NCBI GenBank assembly: GCA_000934665.2
Contig: JYFJ02002345.1
Location: 1-58,849 of the forward strand
Origin: Catajapyx aquilonaris
Lineage: Eukaryota
Direction of reading: 5' to 3'
DNA length: 58,849 nucleotides
Shown: piece by piece, positions 52,042 through 58,849 of the stretch
Layout of the letters: each line of letters opens with the position of its first letter
How positions within the stretch are numbered: position 1 is the stretch's first letter
The notes under the pieces: generated by a model
What the model was told of the DNA's origin: nothing
Databases searched by the model: none
What the model saw: only the letters and a program-made list of their open reading frames with translations
Made by a program: the position numbers and the translations under genes

Positions 52042-54763
52042 ATGGGCACTCGGGGTAAGGTACCACCATCAGGGCCACAGGTGGAGGGACGCTCCGTACA
52101 ACCTGACCCGCAAGCCGAACTCCAGATTATCAGCCGACATATGTGCATGTGTGGCATCAGAACAGTATTAGCGCAATGTGGGACTCAAAAGTTTAATAAT
52201 CACGAGCACGTTTACACTCCTGCCATTGCGTTTGTTTGACACGTTCAGTAAACTGCTTGTCCGTATGGAAAATGTAAAATTGGTCTGGCGCACCTAGAAA
52301 CAAAAAAGTTTAGCTTGATAAATTCCGTTCTGGTTCATTGAACCCATGAGAACGTACCTGTCAAAAGGGTAGTTCTATCAAACGTCGGGCGTGCATAATT
52401 CAAAACCATGGCCGCTCACCACCATCGTTAAAATTCCAGAAACATTATGGCAAAGTTTTCTGGGTTTAAGGCATTACTAGTGAATGTGAGCCACACATAA
52501 GTTAAATTTGAGTAAACTTATTAGTTCAGCTGACCAGTGGCTTCGATACAGTCGGAGGATAATTGGAGTTATGCAGCTTCCTTGCCTTGGTTTGACTATT
52601 AGTTTGAGATCTGGGCTTTATTTTCTCCCTTCACAAAGACTGGTAGATCTTTTCACTTGATGCTGGCTGTGCATGCGTTCGAGGCATGTCATTCAGTGGC
52701 ATCACATGAGAAGGTCTTGAGTGTTACTGGGGGTGATAACTTGGCTGGACGAGCGAAAGCAAATCCCCTGCCGAGAGGATGTTCTTTACAATTTTTAAAT
52801 TATGACTTCTATAGTATGATTGAAATAACCATTAGATTTGCTTTATTTGACTTAATTTTTTCTTAGCATGTAAAACTTAATAATATGTAGTCCTCTAATT
52901 TGCTGCCTGTATGCACAGCAACATTATTAATAGTGACATTAACTTGCACTGTTAAACAAACCATTAAATACTGACTCTGTACAGTATAAAGATTGACCTG
53001 AGGTAACATTCATAAGTGATGCTAATTGTTTTGATTGATGTCAAGATAGGGGAAATATGCAAAAAGGATGCACAGTAATTTTTAATGACATGCGTACCTT
53101 CTGTTGAAGTAATGTACACTGAACGTGAAACAGTCAACTTCGGAAATGAGATGTGGGGAATTCCTTATTTAGTTTTTATTGATAGCTCCATCCTCGTTCG
53201 TATTGAGATAGAGTGCAATTGCAGACCAAATGTTTGCTGTGTGCAATGCAGAATTATGGCCCTTCCCCTTCAATTGCATGGCTTATAACAATGGACACGA
53301 GGAGTTGAAAAATACCATGAGCTCAATATTCACAGTTAGTATGAATGTTTTCCATGTGAATATTACCTCAGAGAATGTAGCCAGTAGATTGAAATTATTG
53401 TAGTTGAGTTTAATCTGTAACTATCCCATTAAATCCCTCATTAATCGATCAACTTGAATGTTTATGATTTACTAAATTTTGCGAAAAGTCACAGCCGCCA
53501 TGCAGCAGGACAAGTTGGGAGGAGAAAAGGCCGAGAAGCGTTCCAGAAGGAATCCGGTCAGGTCCAGTCAGTATTTTTTTAAACCCATTTTAATAACTAG
53601 TGTGATAATTTTATTTCCCACATGTCAAAACATGCACAGACACGCACACAAAAATAAAGGAAACTTTTCGCTTGTCCAACCGTATTTACATGCAGAATAC
53701 TTCACTTCACCTGTGAGTTACTCCCCATAAAAAATTTTTAAATGCCTCTCTTTTTTTAAAGTTACCAGATGTGTGGATGCAGCAATTTAACTGTGTCAAA
53801 CATGTTTCTAAAATGTGTCTTTCCAATCCAATTTTCTAGCTCCTGAGACGGAGGAACAGCAGAAGCTGCGCTTCCAGATCGAGCTCGAGTTTGTCCAGTG
53901 CCTGGCAAATCCAAACTATCTAAACTGTGAGGATCTGTTAATTGAATGTTACTCTAAAACAGCTCACTGTACATTGAACTTTTTTTGGGTTATCTTTTTT
54001 CATGCTTTCACTATGAATTGATGAACTGCTCAGATCCTCTTCATTGTCAAGTGTAATGAGTAAGGCAATGCTTTTTGTAAGAAAACATTGGGTCACTTGC
54101 CCAACACTGAAAAAAAACAGTGTTGCAGTTGGTTTAGGGAAGATAAATTCTTATTACTATACATGTGACCAACTAAAGTTGTCATTTTCTTTGACTTGTA
54201 TAATGAGTTTAGACTTAAGGATGTTCAAGTTAACAGAAGTTTCACTGTGCCACAGTGAGTGAAAATTACTTGCTTATATGACCTCCATAGGTCGTCACAG
54301 AGCACTGGACTGATAAACCTACTTCCTTTAAATTTCAGTCCTAGCCCAGCGAGGCTACTTGAAGGATCCATGCTTCATCAACTATGTGAAGTACCTCCAG
54401 TACTGGAAAGAAGCAGAGTACACTCGCTTTCTCAAGTACCCAATGTGCCTGTACTTCCTAGACCTGCTACAGTATGAGCACTTCCGGAGGGAGATTGTGT
54501 CCCACCAATGCACCAAATTTATTGATGACCAACAGATTTTGCATTGGCAGCACTACACGCGCAAAAGAACGAAGCTGCTCCTTCAGTCTCAGGCAAGTGT
54601 CGAACAGTTGTCCAACAGTAATAACGGCACCAACAACAATGGCACACAGGGAAATAGTGGCGCTGGCAATAATAACAGTGTTCCCCAATCCATGTACAAT
54701 TCTGGGAATCCAGGAGGGGTCATGGGAGTAGGGCAGGGACCTCCTGCAGGATCAAAGAGTTGA
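52042..54763 (+). CDS. MED31: Mediator subunit 31 (Soh1)
   Basis: Exon 53840-53926 (PETEEQQKLRFQIELEFVQCLANPNYLN) and exon 54339-54763 (FLAQRGYLKDPCFINYVKYLQYWKEAEYTRFLKYPMCL..HWQHYTRKR). The first exon 52042-52054 (MGTR, phase-1 GTAAG) is tentative. Confidence 0.93.
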
Positions 54764-55107
54764 TGTGTGTGATTGTGCATTTGCTTAGCTGTAATAAATT
54801 GATATGCACATTTAATGTGACGTGTTCATAGCATTGCTTATTTTATTAATAATGGGCAAGGTTATGCTGCAACAAGGAAATCTCTGCAAAGGTTTTGTAA
54901 CTGTTTGTGATGCCAATAAATAGTTTTGCACTCCAATATTTATCCTGTTTGTGCCCTCCAAGTTAACAGGCTGTAACCAGGGCCATGTACCTGGACCTTA
55001 TTACCTCAATTGCAATTAGAAATTCCAACAAGATGGTGCACCATCTCACCCTGGTGATGAGGCATTATCTGATAATTGCATGGTCTTATCAGGTTCCGTA
55101 GGTAGCC

Positions 55108-55597
55108 CAAGGGGGTAGTCACTTCGGAGAGCCGGTGTACACCCTCACTGGTGAGCCGAGGAGAGCCGCAGAGAGCCGAAGAAAAACTAGGTCATATAAT
55201 TACGTCATATGATGAGGAGCAAATGCGCGTTTTGTAGGGAAAATCCCCGCCAACAGCCGAGCTCCATAAACGGGCCGGATTGGGGCAGGAAGCAAGCACA
55301 TATGTGACACCAAGTGTGACACATGTGGCTAATTCCAAGCTAATTCAGGAAGTAATTCAGTTTAGCTTGCGGTTGGCCCCAAGCGCCCAGTGTTGGCCTC
55401 AGGTTGGCCTGGCCTGGCTGTTTTCTCCTGGTTTTCTCAGTGTTTTCTAGGCTCTCCTCGGCTCTCTGCGGCTCTCCAAGGCATCGGTGAGCCCATAAGA
55501 CCGTGGGTGAGCCTGCTGGTGAGCCGGGGGAGAGCCGCAGAGAGCCGCAACTCAAGAGAGCCGGTGTACACTTTTTTGAGGAGTGACTACCCCCTTG
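55108..55597. mobile_element. Non-autonomous P-superfamily-like DNA transposon (490 bp)
   Basis: Perfect 16-bp TIR CAAGGGGGTAGTCACT and perfect 8-bp TSD AGGTAGCC (55100-55107 and 55598-55605). Internal arrays of G(A/T)GAGCC(G). Confidence 0.9.
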
Positions 55598-56532
55598 AGG
55601 TAGCCACACTTCGCCTTGCTGAATTTTTCCTTGTGGGGGCATATGGACAGCGGTACCTACCAGGGAAACGTAAAGTTGACACCCACTGACAATGGCTCAG
55701 CCAGCATGCTATAAAAACACATGGACTCAGATTTAATAATTTTTCTGGCTACTTTGGTCACCAACTTCAAAGTCTATTGAACAAAATGCATTTTTTTTTA
55801 GAAAAATGGTTCTTTGTACTGACATAAAGAAATGTAACGAATGTAGGTCCACATACAATCAACTCATTTGTAGTTTTCTGTGGTAATCCTGAATTTTTTA
55901 CATGCACATTGTGACTTTTGACACAAGATAATGGTTGGAATTCATGTTCCAAGTAGCCTGCATGGATTTTCAAACTGTTAGGGATATTACAACATAATAA
56001 TTCACACACGCATGCAACATGACTACTGAATATTCTTAGCCATTACTATTATTGCACAATAAGAAAACCACAACACTATTTGCTGTTATGGCCTATTTTG
56101 CAGATATTTTTCCTGATGCAGTATGCAAACAATTCTTGCTACGCAAGGTGCTGTAACTATATAGCAGGATTTTGCCATTTGAGAACCAGCAATAAAAGAT
56201 TTATTTACACACTATACAGTGTCTGTTCAGGCAGTGATAAACTACTTCAGACTTGAGAATTACCTAGCACTCTGCGTGTGTAGGCTATGTCAGGACTTAT
56301 ACATGTAGCTGACATTTGCCCCATACATTAGATCTACAGTGCAATTTTGTGCAAAATATTACATGAAGTACAGTACTACCAGGGGTACTACCTTCTGCAT
56401 GCCCTACTCCACCTTTGATGCAGGGGGTGATAGGGGAAGTAATGAGGTGCCTGTCGCCTGCCAGTCGCAGCTAAGGGTACTTCATCACCTTATCTTCCAT
56501 CTTGAAATAATACCAGTGCATATGCAGAAACA

Positions 56533-58479
56533 ATGGCTGCAAGTTGGAGAAATATGCCTGCTTTGGTGTTACATGTCCTTATCTTGTGCAGTTTTCTTCA
56601 GTTTGGACATTTCGTGCCCCCAATTCTGAAAGCAGATACTGAATACGACATTTTAATGGCACAATTTGTTGAGCAGTTGGCGCAAGTAGAAGACAAATGC
56701 GCCTTGGTGTTTGCCACAAACAGAAACCGCATGTCTAACTCCTTGCAAAATGTGTTGCAGTCGCAGTCTAGGGGTATGAGACATGCTGCAGTCGTTTCGA
56801 AATTGGAAACATTGCCTCCTGCTAAGAAGGAGCTCTATTCCTTCACGACGATGCCACCACCAATCAAGTCAAGACTGTGGACTGGAGGATTTTGCACGCT
56901 ACATCTCATCTTGCCAACCAACACGGATCAAATGGATCACATGCTGGTGGATCTGGCTACGAAAGTGTTAATGGACAACTTACATGACAAGTTCCTCTTT
57001 TGGCTGCCTTCGACTAGTGACGAGGGTGTCCTTATGGGAGAGCCATTCAAAGGGATTAGGTTCAAATTGGCGGCATCATCAAATGGATCAGATGTCAATC
57101 TGTCCACCATCTGCTTTTTCTGCAACCAAGGTGAGCCTGCTGTAATGACCATAGGACTGCTCCAAGAGCAAGATGACTTAAATAAACTCAAATTGTATCC
57201 TGACACTAGTGGAAACTTGCATGGACTTGAGGTAAAATCTTGTAGCATGTATGAGAGTGACACAGAGAAAACACGTCAATTGATGGAGGCCCAGGGATCA
57301 TATGCCATAGAGCTGACTCAGATGGCACCAGTGGCTATGGAGGACATGATGAAAGGCAAAATACATATGTATCTCCACGATTTTACTTCCATTGGATTTG
57401 AATCCATGTACCCCAATGGCACTTGGAGTGGAGGAGTTGGTGAAATCCTGAATGGAAAAGCGAATATTTCATTTGTGTCCTTCATGACAGACCAGTCGAT
57501 GCAATATGGAAATAGCTTGTATCCGATAAACAAGTTGTTTCTAACCTTCGTCACAAAGAAGTCTGCATCGTGCATGAGGTGGGAAGTCTTCTTCTACCCT
57601 TTTACCATGTCATCGTGGATGTTTATTATCACCTGTACCTTAATGTCGGCCTGTTCCATCCATTTCGCTATGAGCAAAGGATATGGTTTGAAGTCTTCAT
57701 TTATAGGCGCCATCAAAATTGCGATGCGTATCCTCCTGGAGCAATCAAGTTACGACCCTGATGAAATGGCTCTTCGCATTTTGATAATCTCATTTCACAT
57801 GTTTTCTCTGGTTGTGCTCTGTGGATACAGGTCAAAATTGGTTTCCTTTCTGACTTTCCCTTCGCAAGAGTCTCTTCCCAGCACATTCTCCGAGGTTATG
57901 ACAAGTGGCTGGGAAATTGGGATGCCACCTACGGACCACATCCTATTTGGCGTCATGGCTCGAGAATCCAATCAACCAGCAATAAAATACATAGAAAGCA
58001 AAGCACAAGTAATGGACAGCGAAAAGGGTTGCTTTGAAGCATGTCTCGAGAGGAACTTTGCCTGCGTTGCTTATGACTACACAGTTGAAAAGACGATGAG
58101 TTTATTCAAGACTCCTTCTGGCGAAACCAGAATTCGCTGGCCTCAAGCAGTAGCGCTTGATCTATTTGTAGGTCCTATGTTCGGGCATGGGGAAGTTTAC
58201 TTCCCACGCTTACAGAGCACTGGTTTTTATTTTTTTGAAGGAAATTTTTGGGCTAAGGTGCAAGAAAATTATGTGTGGAAACTTACACTTAAGAAAATAT
58301 TGGAAGAAATTCGATCCGGCAGTTCTGCAAACCTGGGCCACGAATTTGTTCTGTCTGTATATAAAATTACAGTTGTGATCTATTTTTGGTTGTTAGGCCT
58401 ATTGCTTGCATTAATGTCATTTATTTGTGAAATTTTACGCAGACCTAAGCAGCGGTATGTGCACGTAATAATATGGTAA
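56533..58479 (+). CDS. Intronless divergent ionotropic receptor (IR, variant iGluR family), 648 aa
   Basis: Signal peptide; S1 NGTWSGGVGEILNGKANIS; LTFVT; PF..SW TM1; pore ILLEQ; TM LRILI..GYRSKLVSFLTFP..PSTFSEV; final TM near the C-terminus. Confidence 0.9.
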   Translation: MAASWRNMPALVLHVLILCSFLQFGHFVPPILKADTEYDILMAQFVEQLAQVEDKCALVFATNRNRMSNSLQNVLQSQSRGMRHAAVVSKLETLPPAKKELYSFTTMPPPIKSRLWTGGFCTLHLILPTNTDQMDHMLVDLATKVLMDNLHDKFLFWLPSTSDEGVLMGEPFKGIRFKLAASSNGSDVNLSTICFFCNQGEPAVMTIGLLQEQDDLNKLKLYPDTSGNLHGLEVKSCSMYESDTEKTRQLMEAQGSYAIELTQMAPVAMEDMMKGKIHMYLHDFTSIGFESMYPNGTWSGGVGEILNGKANISFVSFMTDQSMQYGNSLYPINKLFLTFVTKKSASCMRWEVFFYPFTMSSWMFIITCTLMSACSIHFAMSKGYGLKSSFIGAIKIAMRILLEQSSYDPDEMALRILIISFHMFSLVVLCGYRSKLVSFLTFPSQESLPSTFSEVMTSGWEIGMPPTDHILFGVMARESNQPAIKYIESKAQVMDSEKGCFEACLERNFACVAYDYTVEKTMSLFKTPSGETRIRWPQAVALDLFVGPMFGHGEVYFPRLQSTGFYFFEGNFWAKVQENYVWKLTLKKILEEIRSGSSANLGHEFVLSVYKITVVIYFWLLGLLLALMSFICEILRRPKQRYVHVIIW

Positions 58480-58509
58480 ATAGGATTGTATTGTCATAAT
58501 ATACTACTA

Positions 58510-58849
58510 GGGAGACGGAGTGGCGCCGCGGTAACGCGCGCGCCCACGGAAGTTAAGGTCCCGGGTTCAATCCCCACCCGGGGTTCCCACCTTCTTTCGT
58601 GCAGAGTTGGGCCATCTCTGACTTTGTTTCGGGTGGCAATTTCCGATAGACTAAGCCACCCGGGGGAGTTCACAAAATGACCAATTAACGACAGCGCACA
58701 TGCACTTTGCACATCCCCTCCTACAAACCCTGGAGTACACTAATAAGATTTCATCTTAACACGCTCCAAAAAACACCAATGGTGGTAATCCACCACCCCC
58801 TAAAGACCTAACAGGTCATTCACGGGGTAAATTTTATATATATATATAA
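58510..58849 (+). mobile_element. tRNA-derived SINE ~30 bp downstream of the IR stop codon
   Basis: A box TGGCGCCGCGG, B box GGTTCAATCCC, 3' CCCCCT-hairpin-CACGGGGT and a (TA)n tail reaching the window edge. Confidence 0.82.

Overview
A gene-dense, intron-rich (many 60-150 nt introns) eukaryotic window. It is most likely from an arthropod/hexapod, given the ABCH transporters, a divergent ionotropic receptor and an Lm1/Talua-type SINE. Left to right: DDX47/RRP3 (-, runs off the left edge); ABCH half-transporter A (-); a POC5-like coiled-coil gene (+); ABCH B (-); four tandem, highly diverged paralogs of an 11-exon gene family I cannot assign to any known family (+, 17.3-31.3 kb); ABCH C with degenerate catalytic motifs (+); eIF3L (-); a THAP protein resembling a truncated P-transposase (+); a spliced gene that joins a THAP zinc finger (absent from the ORF track) to a catalytically eroded MULE/SWIM transposase-derived body (-); MED31 (+); and an intronless divergent ionotropic receptor (+). 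Interspersed repeats include tRNA-headed SINEs of several families that share a structurally conserved 3' tail, MITEs (P-like, TTAA/Kolobok-like, hAT, TA-flanked) and (AAT)n microsatellites. All gene models were spliced and translated by hand; no database searches were run, so family assignments rest on motif recognition.
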